A DNA stretch of 64,000 bases from assembly GCA_964409875.1 (NCBI GenBank), contig CAYPEN010000002.1, positions 338,630 through 402,629 on the forward strand. Reading direction: 5' to 3'. Shown piece by piece: positions 18,555 to 27,717 of this stretch (position 1 is its first letter; every line of letters begins with the position of its first letter). A program made the translations under genes and the position numbers. A model generated the notes under the pieces. It was not told the DNA's origin. It saw only the letters and a program-made list of their open reading frames with translations, and did no database searches. The DNA comes from an uncultured Gammaproteobacteria bacterium. Lineage in GTDB: Bacteria; Patescibacteriota; Microgenomatia; Levybacterales; GWA1-39-11.

Positions 18555-19364
18555 ATGCTTGAAACACTGAAAAAAGAGTGGGAAGCAAAGGTAATACTCG
18601 GAATTTTTCTCCTGTATGTTGCGTGGTGGGCATACATGCAATTGGCTCTTCCTCATGACAACATACTGTATGCATTGTACGGCCAGTCATATGGAGTAAT
18701 TGCGCTTGTTGGTGGAATTTGGGGATTATTTGTGGCAAGAAAATGGGGAGGCTTAAAGAGCATTATGGGAAAGGCAATTATTATGTTTTCCCTTGGTCTT
18801 TTTGCCCAAGAATTCGGACAGATAGCATACACTTATTATATTTTCGTTGAGCATATAGAAATTCCCTACCCTTCAATTGGCGATATCGGATTTTTCGGTA
18901 CGATCCCTTTTTATATATATGGAGCCTATCTTTTGGCAAAAGCATCGGGAGTAAAAATTTCCCTTCGTTCGTTTGGAAACAAATTACAGGCAATTCTTAT
19001 CCCCATTGTTATGGTTGGAGTATCTTACATTCTGTTTTTACATAATTATCAGCTTGATTTTTCGCATCCTCTTAAGTCATTTCTGGATTTTGGGTATCCC
19101 TTAGGTCAGGCAATATATGTATCTATTGCTATATTTACGTATGTAGCGACCAGGAAACTTTTGGGGGGAATTATGAGGCCCAAAGTTCTTGTCATTTTAT
19201 TTGCATTTGTCGCACAATTCTTATCGGATTATTCGTTTATATATTTTCAAGACAAATATTATCCCGGCCACTTCATAGATTTGGTATATACAGCTTCGTA
19301 TATGATAATGGCAATTGGCATACTTGAATTAAAAACTGTTTATAACCAACTCCATCGAGGATAA
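18555..19364 (+). CDS. Hypothetical polytopic membrane protein (7-8 TM)
   Basis: 269 aa, very hydrophobic, divergent from the DUF2156 gene. Confidence 0.5.
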   Translation: MLETLKKEWEAKVILGIFLLYVAWWAYMQLALPHDNILYALYGQSYGVIALVGGIWGLFVARKWGGLKSIMGKAIIMFSLGLFAQEFGQIAYTYYIFVEHIEIPYPSIGDIGFFGTIPFYIYGAYLLAKASGVKISLRSFGNKLQAILIPIVMVGVSYILFLHNYQLDFSHPLKSFLDFGYPLGQAIYVSIAIFTYVATRKLLGGIMRPKVLVILFAFVAQFLSDYSFIYFQDKYYPGHFIDLVYTASYMIMAIGILELKTVYNQLHRG

Positions 19365-19367
19365 TGT

Positions 19368-19652
19368 ATGCAAAATGATGTATATGCCCAAATGGCCGAA
19401 AAAATAATCAAGGTTCAAGAGAACATTATCGGGCCGATTGCTCTTGAGCAGGCCGAAAAAGTGCAGGGGTTAAAAATTGATTGGAAAAAACACGACATTA
19501 AGTTTGAAGGTAATCAAAAAGATATTGTCGGCAAACTTGTTGAGAGGTACGAAAAACTTTTCGGACAAACGTCAGTTGAAATGTGCAAAGATGCGGTAAA
19601 AAGTATAACCTCTCAAGTGGCTTCGTCTGATTTACCTGCTCTTCTTCAATAG
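19368..19652 (+). CDS. Hypothetical small soluble protein
   Basis: 94 aa with no recognisable motif. Lies 3 nt after the upstream membrane protein and just upstream of the histidine kinase. Confidence 0.4.
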   Translation: MQNDVYAQMAEKIIKVQENIIGPIALEQAEKVQGLKIDWKKHDIKFEGNQKDIVGKLVERYEKLFGQTSVEMCKDAVKSITSQVASSDLPALLQ

Positions 19653-19687
19653 CGTCACGCGCTTTTAATACTATATAATTAGTTCAT

Positions 19688-21133
19688 ATGAACTCTGCCC
19701 AGAAAGATGATAATGTTCCTCCTGCTGTAAATTCCGTCGTATCAAACAACAATCTCTCTTCAGAGCTTGAGCACGTTACTCAAGAGATGTATAAGAAAAA
19801 TGCGGAATTGTTCCATACCAATAAGACGCTCTCCCTACTTCAGAAAATAGAGGCAATTATTCTAAGTTCAGTTACCGATTTATGGCAAGTAGCGCAACAA
19901 GTTGCCGATGTTATTGCTTCGGAAGCCGAATTCAAGCGGGTATCAATTTTTATAATCAACGAGCAGGATGGATTGGTGAGACTTGCAGCTTCAAGCGGTG
20001 AGGCAGTAGCTCGGGCCGAGTTTTTAGTAAAAAAACAATTCCCGAGCCTTCGGATACCGCTTCATAACGAGACCAATCTTTTAGTAAGAGTCGCAAAAAC
20101 CGCACGTCTTCAGTATACCAATAACTATTTTGATATTCTGACACCCGAATTTACACCTCAAGAGGCAGCAATAATACAACAGACCCTTAACACAAAATCA
20201 ATATATGCACATCCATTAGTAATTCGTGGTGAGGTTATTGGGGTATTATCCATAAGTCTTGGCGAGACCACTCCGGACATATCGGATTATGAGCGTGACC
20301 TTATGGAGCGGCTAGCTGGAATTATAGGAATCGCGATTGATAATTCACTCTTGTATAAGGATATACAAGAGGCAAATGAAAAACTGAAACAGCTGGATAA
20401 ACTGAAAGACGAATTTGTTTCTCTTGCCTCTCACGAATTAAGAACTCCGATGACTGTTATTAAGTCTTACATCTGGATGTTATTGGAAGGAAAAGTTGGT
20501 GACCTTTCAGAAAAACAAAAATCATACTTAGAACGGACTTATACTTCTACCGACAGACTTATCAATATGGTCAATGACATGTTGAATATTTCGCGAATCG
20601 AGTCGGGTAGGCTTACGATAGAACCGAAGGCACTTTCTATGTCTTCCCTTATTCAGGAGGTTGTAGGCGAAATGCAAACAAGAGCCAGTGAGCAACAGCT
20701 TGCATTAGTGTTTGCATCTCCTCAAGGAGAAATGCCGGATGTTTTTGCTGACCCTGACAAAATAAAACAAGTTCTCATCAACCTTATAGGAAATTCTCTC
20801 AAATTTACACCTCAAGGAGGAAACATCACACTTATTTGTGAGCAAAAAGACGGATATATTGTTACTCATGTGAAAGATACCGGAAAAGGAATAAAGAGTG
20901 AGGATATGGATAAGTTATTTAAGAAATTCAATATGCTTGGAGGAAATTATCTGACAAAACAGGCAGGACAAGGTACCGGTCTAGGACTATACTTATCGAA
21001 ATCATTGATAGAATTACATAAAGGTCGCATTTGGGTATCATCAGCGGGCGAGGGGAAGGGAACAACATTCTCATTCTCACTTCCTATTATGCAAGCTATA
21101 CAGCTCCAGCAGGTTGAGCAAGATACAGCTTGA
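19688..21133 (+). CDS. Soluble sensor histidine kinase with N-terminal GAF-like domain
   Basis: H-box FVSLASHELRTPMTVIKSY, N-box NLIGNSLKFT, G-boxes DTGKGI and GTGLGL. No TM helices. Confidence 0.85.
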   Translation: MNSAQKDDNVPPAVNSVVSNNNLSSELEHVTQEMYKKNAELFHTNKTLSLLQKIEAIILSSVTDLWQVAQQVADVIASEAEFKRVSIFIINEQDGLVRLAASSGEAVARAEFLVKKQFPSLRIPLHNETNLLVRVAKTARLQYTNNYFDILTPEFTPQEAAIIQQTLNTKSIYAHPLVIRGEVIGVLSISLGETTPDISDYERDLMERLAGIIGIAIDNSLLYKDIQEANEKLKQLDKLKDEFVSLASHELRTPMTVIKSYIWMLLEGKVGDLSEKQKSYLERTYTSTDRLINMVNDMLNISRIESGRLTIEPKALSMSSLIQEVVGEMQTRASEQQLALVFASPQGEMPDVFADPDKIKQVLINLIGNSLKFTPQGGNITLICEQKDGYIVTHVKDTGKGIKSEDMDKLFKKFNMLGGNYLTKQAGQGTGLGLYLSKSLIELHKGRIWVSSAGEGKGTTFSFSLPIMQAIQLQQVEQDTA

Positions 21134-21485
21134 CTTCTTTTATTAAGTCCCCAGGGGTAATTTGACTTTTAATTAGATACCCGGTTCCTAAGAGAAGGGC
21201 TTCTTTGATTTCTTCCCCTTTATCAAGGTTAGTTAAAAATATAATGCTTTTATTGGGAACTTGCGGTTGAGGCATTTCTTTTGCTTTTTTTGCCACCTCA
21301 AGTCCGGATAACTTGGGCATAATAATGTCCAACAAGACTAAATCCCAGCCTCCTTGAGATAATTTTTGTAGCGCATCTTCTCCATCAACAGCAGTTGTAA
21401 CCTGATACCCTTCTGTTTTTAGAATGTCTGCGTATAGTTCACGCAAAAACTCATCATCTTCGGCGATCAATATCTTCTTTTCCAT
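21096..21485 (-). CDS. Single-domain response regulator (CheY-like receiver only)
   Basis: KILIAEDDEFLRELY ... DLVLLDIIMPKLSG ... receiver motifs, 129 aa, no output domain. Its 3' end overlaps the convergent kinase by 38 nt. Confidence 0.8.
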   Translation of the reverse strand: MEKKILIAEDDEFLRELYADILKTEGYQVTTAVDGEDALQKLSQGGWDLVLLDIIMPKLSGLEVAKKAKEMPQPQVPNKSIIFLTNLDKGEEIKEALLLGTGYLIKSQITPGDLIKEVKLYLAQPAGAV

Positions 21486-21536
21486 AGGAAAATAATCGTA
21501 CCATCAACAAAGAATGAAAGTCAATGAATTCGAGGC

Positions 21537-22028
21537 TTAACGTGTCACCGAAATTGTTTGTGACAACTCGGCTGCGGGTGCAGCGACAGTGATTCTACTA
21601 TCAGTTGTGCTTCTACCAATAGTATAATTTGTATTATAAGTGGCACCGCAGTTAGTGACAGGGCTTCCGTTATTGGTCAATGGATCAACCGGAAGTGCTG
21701 CCATATATTGTGAAGTTAATACCGCACAAAGGTCAGCGCGCGCTGCGATGCCTGCATCGTTTGTTATTGTACAGGGAGCGGCTGGTGTACAAGATACAGC
21801 AATACCCGGAGGAAGTGCGCCTTTGTTGTCTGCTGCATATTGCCCAACTGCATTCAGGATTGCATTAACATCGCTTGACCTCTTCGTATTGTTTGCTTGT
21901 GAGAATTGCCTTGCAGGGTTAATAGCGATAAGAGTGATTGCAAGAAGAACTGCAAGAATTCCGATAACTACCAACAACTCAATCAAAGTGAAACCTTTTT
22001 GGGATTTTCTGAGGTGGGCAAGCTTCAT
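21537..22028 (-). CDS. Type IV major pilin (prepilin with class III signal peptide)
   Basis: MKLAHLRKSQKG|FTLIELLVVIGILAVLLAITLIAINP cleavage/methylation motif, 163 aa. Paralogue of the adjacent gene. Confidence 0.8.
   Translation of the reverse strand: MKLAHLRKSQKGFTLIELLVVIGILAVLLAITLIAINPARQFSQANNTKRSSDVNAILNAVGQYAADNKGALPPGIAVSCTPAAPCTITNDAGIAARADLCAVLTSQYMAALPVDPLTNNGSPVTNCGATYNTNYTIGRSTTDSRITVAAPAAELSQTISVTR
21876..21956. repeat. 81-bp near-identical direct repeat, copy 1 (5' region of pilin gene)
   Basis: Matches 22356-22436 at 80/81 positions. The two copies are exactly 480 bp apart and cover the conserved prepilin N-terminal helix. Confidence 0.8.
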
Positions 22029-22031
22029 AAA

Positions 22032-22505
22032 TTAGCGGGTAACCGTAATTGTTTGACCAAGCTCTGCTGCAGGAGCAGTTACAGTGATTCTATTATCAGA
22101 TGCTGAACGAACTACAGTGTAGTTGGTATTATAATTTGCAGTGCAGTCAGTGATAGGAGTTCCGTTATTAGTCAATGGATCAACAGGAAGCGCAGCCATA
22201 TATTGAGTGACAAGTGCAGCGCAAATATCTGCATCGTTGGCGGGTGTTCCACTCTTTTGAATCGTAAGTGCTGATGTTGTTATTCCTGCTGGAAGCGTGC
22301 CCTTGTTATCGGCTGCATATTGACCGATAGCATTTAAGATTGCATTTACATCAGATGACCTCTTCGTATTGTTTGCTTGCGAGAATTGCCTTGCAGGGTT
22401 AATAGCGATAAGAGTGATTGCAAGAAGAACTGCAAGGATACCAATGACTACAAGAAGCTCGATGAGAGTGAAACCTTTTTGATTTTTCAACTGGGCAGTT
22501 TTCAT
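22032..22505 (-). CDS. Type IV major pilin, tandem paralogue
   Basis: MKTAQLKNQKG|FTLIELLVVIGILAVLLAITLIAINP. Start placed at the MKTAQ Met; the ORF track extends 7 codons further upstream. Confidence 0.8.
   Translation of the reverse strand: MKTAQLKNQKGFTLIELLVVIGILAVLLAITLIAINPARQFSQANNTKRSSDVNAILNAIGQYAADNKGTLPAGITTSALTIQKSGTPANDADICAALVTQYMAALPVDPLTNNGTPITDCTANYNTNYTVVRSASDNRITVTAPAAELGQTITVTR
22356..22436. repeat. 81-bp near-identical direct repeat, copy 2
   Basis: See copy 1; a single mismatch (t/c at 21900 vs 22380). Confidence 0.8.
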
Positions 22506-22633
22506 ATCTGTATCTATCATAATCATAATTGTTTTTTTGTGTCAAGACCCAATTTAAGAGAATTACAAATGAAAAGTATACTGAAAATTTGAGGTTAAAA
22601 TACCAAAAAAGCGTCTTTTGAAGAAATATTCTA

Positions 22634-23341
22634 CTATTTCATGTTAAGTAGCATAAATCCTAAGATAGCAAATAAGATAATAAAAACTCCTATCATGGCA
22701 AACAATCTGATGTTGCTCTTTTTTTGTTGTGGTTCTTTTTTTGCACTTGTCTGTTGAGAGGAGGGTGGTCTGTCTTTCTCAAGAGTAAGCATTGATATCT
22801 GCTTGTAGTTGCCAGTCTTTCTTAAGAATTGCATAGCATTATCAACGGTTAAGTTCTGAATAAGCTCTTTGTCATTTCCAAGCATATTGTAGGGAATAAT
22901 CATTTCAAAGTTAAATCCGGCTTTCTCAAAACTCACCTTCAATTCTTGGAAGAGATCTTCATTGAAGCCAATAACTTTTACCCCTTTTTCTATGGGGTAA
23001 TTTTTTGACATCGTACTGTCAAATGGGATAGTATCAACAAATTTTCTTACGGCATCCTCCTGTTCCTCGGCCGGCAAGCCGGTTATTTCCTTTTCGAAAG
23101 TAATATTGGGAGAGAGGATTATTGTAATTAATGCAGGAGTAATTCGGTATTGCTCGATAAAATTTTTCACCTGCCCAAGAATTGAGGCTCCATTGATTAC
23201 ATCCATATCTTTTACCGAAGTTTCAAGGAATGCCATACTTATAACTGTAGGTAAACCGTTCTCAAAAAAGTAGAACCCGTTCCTATCCAGGTAAAGTAAT
23301 GCCGGTTGTTTTTTTGCGAATTCCATCAGATCTCCTTCCAA
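22634..23341 (-). CDS. Hypothetical pilus-locus protein with C-terminal TM anchor (tail-anchored)
   Basis: 235 aa. Soluble N-terminal domain, a Gln/Ser/Lys-rich linker, then one TM helix at the extreme C-terminus (LFAMIGVFIILFAILGFMLL). Lies inside the pilus operon; function unknown. Confidence 0.45.
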   Translation of the reverse strand: MEGDLMEFAKKQPALLYLDRNGFYFFENGLPTVISMAFLETSVKDMDVINGASILGQVKNFIEQYRITPALITIILSPNITFEKEITGLPAEEQEDAVRKFVDTIPFDSTMSKNYPIEKGVKVIGFNEDLFQELKVSFEKAGFNFEMIIPYNMLGNDKELIQNLTVDNAMQFLRKTGNYKQISMLTLEKDRPPSSQQTSAKKEPQQKKSNIRLFAMIGVFIILFAILGFMLLNMK

Positions 23342-23709
23342 GAAGTTGCGGTTAGAGTATTGTTGCTCGTATCAACGATTACCTGAATAGTTCTTGTAAA
23401 GTTATTCAATGTTCCTTTTGATAGTATCGTTTTTGGGTTAGTTCCGGTAATCGTAATGACTGCTTGTCCACTTCCGACCGTCAACGTCTCGCCCGTATAA
23501 TTCGGGTCTCTTAATAATTTAATCATAGCAGTTTCGGCACCACTTTCTGCAATATCCAGAGAGTTCGCTCCTTGATATATTTTATCTGTCCCCTTAGAAC
23601 TGTTGATGACAAGCGCAATTGATGCGGTCGTAACCACTATCGCAATTATCATATATGTCAACAAGACAATAAGCGTTTGGCCTTTTTGTTTGTGGAATGA
23701 ATTTTTCAT
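23326..23709 (-). CDS. Minor pilin, PilX-like N-terminus
   Basis: MKNSFHKQKGQTLIVLLTYMIIAIVVTTASIAL resembles PilX_N-type hydrophobic N-termini (no Glu at +5). 127 aa. Confidence 0.5.
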   Translation of the reverse strand: MKNSFHKQKGQTLIVLLTYMIIAIVVTTASIALVINSSKGTDKIYQGANSLDIAESGAETAMIKLLRDPNYTGETLTVGSGQAVITITGTNPKTILSKGTLNNFTRTIQVIVDTSNNTLTATSWKEI

Positions 23710-24200
23710 CTGAGTCCTGCGGTTGTTTGGAATATTTGTTGATCTGAAATTCCTCTTGTGGTGACGTTCCCTGAAACCGTAAAGTTAATTCTGACGGTGT
23801 CTTTTGCGCTTGGGCTTCCCACTTTAGTAAAAAGCAGGTTCGAAACCGATGACCCTTCCCCATTCAATACATAAGAACCTGTGGGGTCTGTTACTACAAT
23901 GTTGTTGTTGGTCAACGAATACGTGTAATTTTGTCCACCTATCACAAGTTTCATCGTTGCAGATGTACTCCCAAAAACTGAAGGTTCTGTCACTTGAGAA
24001 GCACGTCCTACATCGTAAATAAACCGTGAGTAAATATATCTCCCGTCATCTGCCACATTTGATGTATTTTTAGAACCCAATTGATTGTCAATAATTGTTG
24101 TAAATATATCCGTAAAGATGAGCACCAAAACAGTAAGAAGCCCCATATATATGAGAAGTTCGACCAGTGTGAATCCTCCTTGTTTTTTTGACTGTTTCAT
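23706..24200 (-). CDS. Minor (pseudo)pilin with prepilin-type cleavage/methylation motif
   Basis: MKQSKKQGG|FTLVELLIYMGLLTVLVLIF, 164 aa. Confidence 0.7.
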   Translation of the reverse strand: MKQSKKQGGFTLVELLIYMGLLTVLVLIFTDIFTTIIDNQLGSKNTSNVADDGRYIYSRFIYDVGRASQVTEPSVFGSTSATMKLVIGGQNYTYSLTNNNIVVTDPTGSYVLNGEGSSVSNLLFTKVGSPSAKDTVRINFTVSGNVTTRGISDQQIFQTTAGLR

Positions 24201-27163
24201 TATGGTGAGTAATTGATGTTTGCATCAAGAATCGTGGGAGTTACATTGAAATCGGTAGTTGAGAGAAATGCCTTATATCTTACGCATTGGGCGGGGTTTT
24301 GAAAACCGGCAATACCCGTGAGTGGTATTGCACCGCCGCTCGAAGGGAAAAACGTGTTTGCGGTACCGTCTGGTCCTACATACACGTAGGAGGCATTAGT
24401 GCAGGAACCATTTACAGGCATAGTTGCGGCGACTTGAAATTGAAGCGTACTGTTTGCAGGGACTGTTGTGGTTGTAGAAAGTCTGTTGAGTGCTGCAACA
24501 CTGCCGAGGTCTTGCGGAGCAGACTCATACGTTCCTGTATCAAGATAGGTTCCGTCAGGTCCACCTTGGATAATCTTGAGCTCGTTTGCACCGGTGTTTG
24601 ATACAAGGTACGCGAATTTATCGTTATCTGCTTCGGTGACTGAGGCAAGGTCTGAGAAGCCCTGGTTAAAATCAAGGCTGCCGCAATATGTTGGAGAGGA
24701 CTCATTACTGATATTGATTACTTGGTATTCAGAGGCATTATTGCTGTTTGAGATTCCGTCTTTTCCAACAATAATTGCCCGCGAACCGTTGAATACGGTT
24801 AGTGAGCGTCGCGGATAGAGTTCAGCATTGGCGCCGCTTCCATAGTAATATCCGCTTGTTGCTCCACTCGAAGGAGTACCGGTTAAGAATTTAGGTGCAG
24901 ACTTGTTGGATGTGTCAAGAATGTAAAATTGCCAGCTGTCAGGAACACCATCATTGTTTGCATCCACAGTTCCATTGGAAGAAATATAGGCGCGTGTTGC
25001 ATCAGGGCTTGCAAAAACTGAATTGGCCGTTTCTTGCGTGTTCGCATTTGAATTGAAGTCAAGCGAACTTATTCTTTTCCATCCTGCATTGCCGCTTGCA
25101 ATAGTCCCGCAGGTAGTATTACTTACAGCAGGACTTGTGCTACCTGATGGCACACTGGACACATTTGCGATATCAAATTCCGGGTCGGTTCCGGCTCCTA
25201 CAGCAACATACACATACGTGTTGGCTCCAACTTTCACAGGATAGATATCGTTGTCCGCATAAATTTGGGTGTTTCCACCATCCACGCATGCGGTTTGTCC
25301 TGCAGATTCTGAACCCCAATTGGTGCCAGTGCTCCCGGCTGCGTACTTGCGAATCTTGCTTGTTGTTGCATTACAATCATATCCATCAAGCTCTATACGG
25401 CAGCCTACCATATCAAGTCCATTGGAAGGCGTTTTGCTGTCAATATTGCTTAGGTCAAATGTATAAAGAAATCCGCCTGAAATGGCGTATCCCTTGTCAT
25501 CAAGAACAGCTATTGAAGCAGCACCGGCACCATAAGGGGCTTGGTCACTTGTTGTAAGAGTGCCTCCACTGAAGTGGACTTTTACTGCAACCCAGTCAAG
25601 AGAAAATGTTCGTGATGTAGTACTTGCAACATCTATTACACGTACTCGAAAGTTGGCATCAGAAAAATCAGAATTGCTCCACGTCCTTCCCCAATTATCT
25701 GATGCGCTCCCGAGGGTATATGTTGCATTTGAAGTTGTAAGATTGCCTGTCGATTGTGCGCTTGTCCATGTAGTGCCTCCATCCCACGACAGTTGAACAC
25801 ATATCTTGGGTGTGCCCGTCGTGCTATCCGTCTTTCCGTCAATGCGGACCTCAATTCCATCAATTGTTCCGCCGGTCGGAAGGGAAATTCCGTAATTATA
25901 GAATCTGTGTCTATCTTTATCAGAACCCGTGCAATTTGTTCCGGTTCCGTTCCCGCTATTGGTGTCTGTTGCATACGAATTGTTGGAGGAATAGGCACGG
26001 GTTGCATTCGTTTCGTAGCCGTTTCCGTCTCCTCCGGAATCGGCAGCATTTGCGGTTGGACTCAAAAAACCAGTGTCGAGTCCGGTACCCGGCTGGTAAA
26101 TTTTTGTATCAAAATACGTCCAGTATTTATATATCTTATTAACGTAGTCCTGATACTCGCCATTATTTGTGTTGTCATTGGAGGGGTCGTTGTCATCAAC
26201 AAGGACTGCAATAACTTCGTGGTCCGGTTTTGTCGTTGCGATAAGAGCATAAAGTTTTCCGGAACTCGATTTGTAATACTTTACCGCGTTCGTAATGAAA
26301 CTATTATCCAATCCTGGCGTTGAGGGAACCCATCCAGGGTTGCTGTATTTTGTCGCATCAAGCGTGAAAGTTCCCCTCAGTGTTGGGACAGGAGGGTCGG
26401 TATTGGCTGTCACTTTTACATGGGCAAGTTTGTACGAATTTGTTGTATTAGGAGAAATTGCGACAAACACATCGTTAGGTATATTAATGCTTTGTGCGCT
26501 GGCGGTTGCGGATACTGCCACCGGAGGACCATCAGGTAGGGTGATTGTGGCGCTTGAAAAACTCGGTGAGCACCATTTCCCTTTGGTGTTAGGCGCAAGA
26601 GTAATCTCCCCTCCAGACGAATTGGTAACCGATGTATCGGAGAGTGTACCGGCGTTGAAATCGGCTTCAGTTGTTTGTGTTTTTACAGCGTTTTGTAAGT
26701 AGCGCGTGACGTATATGGTCGAATCAACAGAAGAAGCGTAAGGTTGTCCCCATGTGACTTGGATATATACCTTTTTGGTAGAAGGATCAAATGTTCCACC
26801 GTTGTCAACAATTGCCCCGTTGCTATCTCTATACACATCGCTTACCGTGATTGTTCTGGTCAAGCCGTTTACCGTTTCACTTCCCGAGGCAAACGCCCAG
26901 TTGTTTCCTGAGATCAGCGGATGGTATGTGCCATTAACAGAGAAGAGTGACCACCCTTGCCCACGGACATTTCGTACAACTTCTTCTGCCTCTTTCATAA
27001 GAGCTACTGCTTGGACCCGCTGTCCTTGCTGGGCCTTGCCCTGTTTTGATGAGAACAGTCCCGTTAAAAGAGCAGGGAGCATAATTGCAGTGATTGCTAT
27101 CGCCAAAAGCATCTCTACGAGTAGCTGTCCTCTTTGGTTAGTCGATTTGGATAATCGTTCCAT
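24200..27163 (-). CDS. Giant pilin-like protein: prepilin-type N-terminus fused to ~950-aa Ser/Thr/Asn/Gly-rich extracellular region (tip-adhesin candidate)
   Basis: N-terminus MERLSKSTNQRGQ|LLVEMLLAIAITAIMLPALL has G at -1 and E at +5. The remaining ~950 aa are Ser/Thr/Asn/Gly/Asp-rich with many predicted beta segments. Start chosen at the second Met; the ORF track starts 11 codons earlier (27196). Confidence 0.65.
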   Translation of the reverse strand: MERLSKSTNQRGQLLVEMLLAIAITAIMLPALLTGLFSSKQGKAQQGQRVQAVALMKEAEEVVRNVRGQGWSLFSVNGTYHPLISGNNWAFASGSETVNGLTRTITVSDVYRDSNGAIVDNGGTFDPSTKKVYIQVTWGQPYASSVDSTIYVTRYLQNAVKTQTTEADFNAGTLSDTSVTNSSGGEITLAPNTKGKWCSPSFSSATITLPDGPPVAVSATASAQSINIPNDVFVAISPNTTNSYKLAHVKVTANTDPPVPTLRGTFTLDATKYSNPGWVPSTPGLDNSFITNAVKYYKSSSGKLYALIATTKPDHEVIAVLVDDNDPSNDNTNNGEYQDYVNKIYKYWTYFDTKIYQPGTGLDTGFLSPTANAADSGGDGNGYETNATRAYSSNNSYATDTNSGNGTGTNCTGSDKDRHRFYNYGISLPTGGTIDGIEVRIDGKTDSTTGTPKICVQLSWDGGTTWTSAQSTGNLTTSNATYTLGSASDNWGRTWSNSDFSDANFRVRVIDVASTTSRTFSLDWVAVKVHFSGGTLTTSDQAPYGAGAASIAVLDDKGYAISGGFLYTFDLSNIDSKTPSNGLDMVGCRIELDGYDCNATTSKIRKYAAGSTGTNWGSESAGQTACVDGGNTQIYADNDIYPVKVGANTYVYVAVGAGTDPEFDIANVSSVPSGSTSPAVSNTTCGTIASGNAGWKRISSLDFNSNANTQETANSVFASPDATRAYISSNGTVDANNDGVPDSWQFYILDTSNKSAPKFLTGTPSSGATSGYYYGSGANAELYPRRSLTVFNGSRAIIVGKDGISNSNNASEYQVINISNESSPTYCGSLDFNQGFSDLASVTEADNDKFAYLVSNTGANELKIIQGGPDGTYLDTGTYESAPQDLGSVAALNRLSTTTTVPANSTLQFQVAATMPVNGSCTNASYVYVGPDGTANTFFPSSGGAIPLTGIAGFQNPAQCVRYKAFLSTTDFNVTPTILDANINYSP

Positions 27164-27617
27164 ATTTATTAAAGTGTAATGTTTTTGTCTTTCCACTTGA
27201 TGTATTTGTTAGGGTAATTGTGTTTTGTCCTTGCACGAATCCAACTATTTCTCCGCTTTCAGAGGCAAAAAGAATTGTCGTGTTGGGGAATGTAGAGCTT
27301 AGAGTGTAACCGCTTTCAACCGGTACGGAAAAATTAGTCGTGTCTGCGGGATTGTAACTTGCTCCATGAAAGAGAACATATTGGTTAGAAAGAATTTTTA
27401 CCCCATAATTATCTGGAGTTCCTCTTCCTTCTGTATCGCCTACCATAGCCTTTATCTGTTGGTTCTTAAGATCTGAAGTTAAAACTGAAGCGGTTGAACT
27501 GTTTGTTGAAATGACCCGTACATTAAAAATACTAATAAAAGTTATTGAAAAAAGTAATCCAAGGATTCCGACAACGATAAGAAGTTCAACGAGTGTCAGT
27601 CCTTTATTTGAGGACAT
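27138..27617 (-). CDS. Pilin-like protein (prepilin-type N-terminus)
   Basis: MSSNKG|LTLVELLIVVGILGLLFSITFISIF, 159 aa from this Met. The ORF track's longer 207-aa form adds a non-hydrophobic leader that is unlikely to be real. Confidence 0.65.
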   Translation of the reverse strand: MSSNKGLTLVELLIVVGILGLLFSITFISIFNVRVISTNSSTASVLTSDLKNQQIKAMVGDTEGRGTPDNYGVKILSNQYVLFHGASYNPADTTNFSVPVESGYTLSSTFPNTTILFASESGEIVGFVQGQNTITLTNTSSGKTKTLHFNKYGTIIQID

Positions 27618-27717
27618 AAAACAATAGATATGAGGTAATAGGTGGTGCTGTTTTGTGTTTTTGTCCCACGATTTCTCCTTACTTCTATCTTTTGGCTTCT
27701 GACTTGTTGTTTTCATT

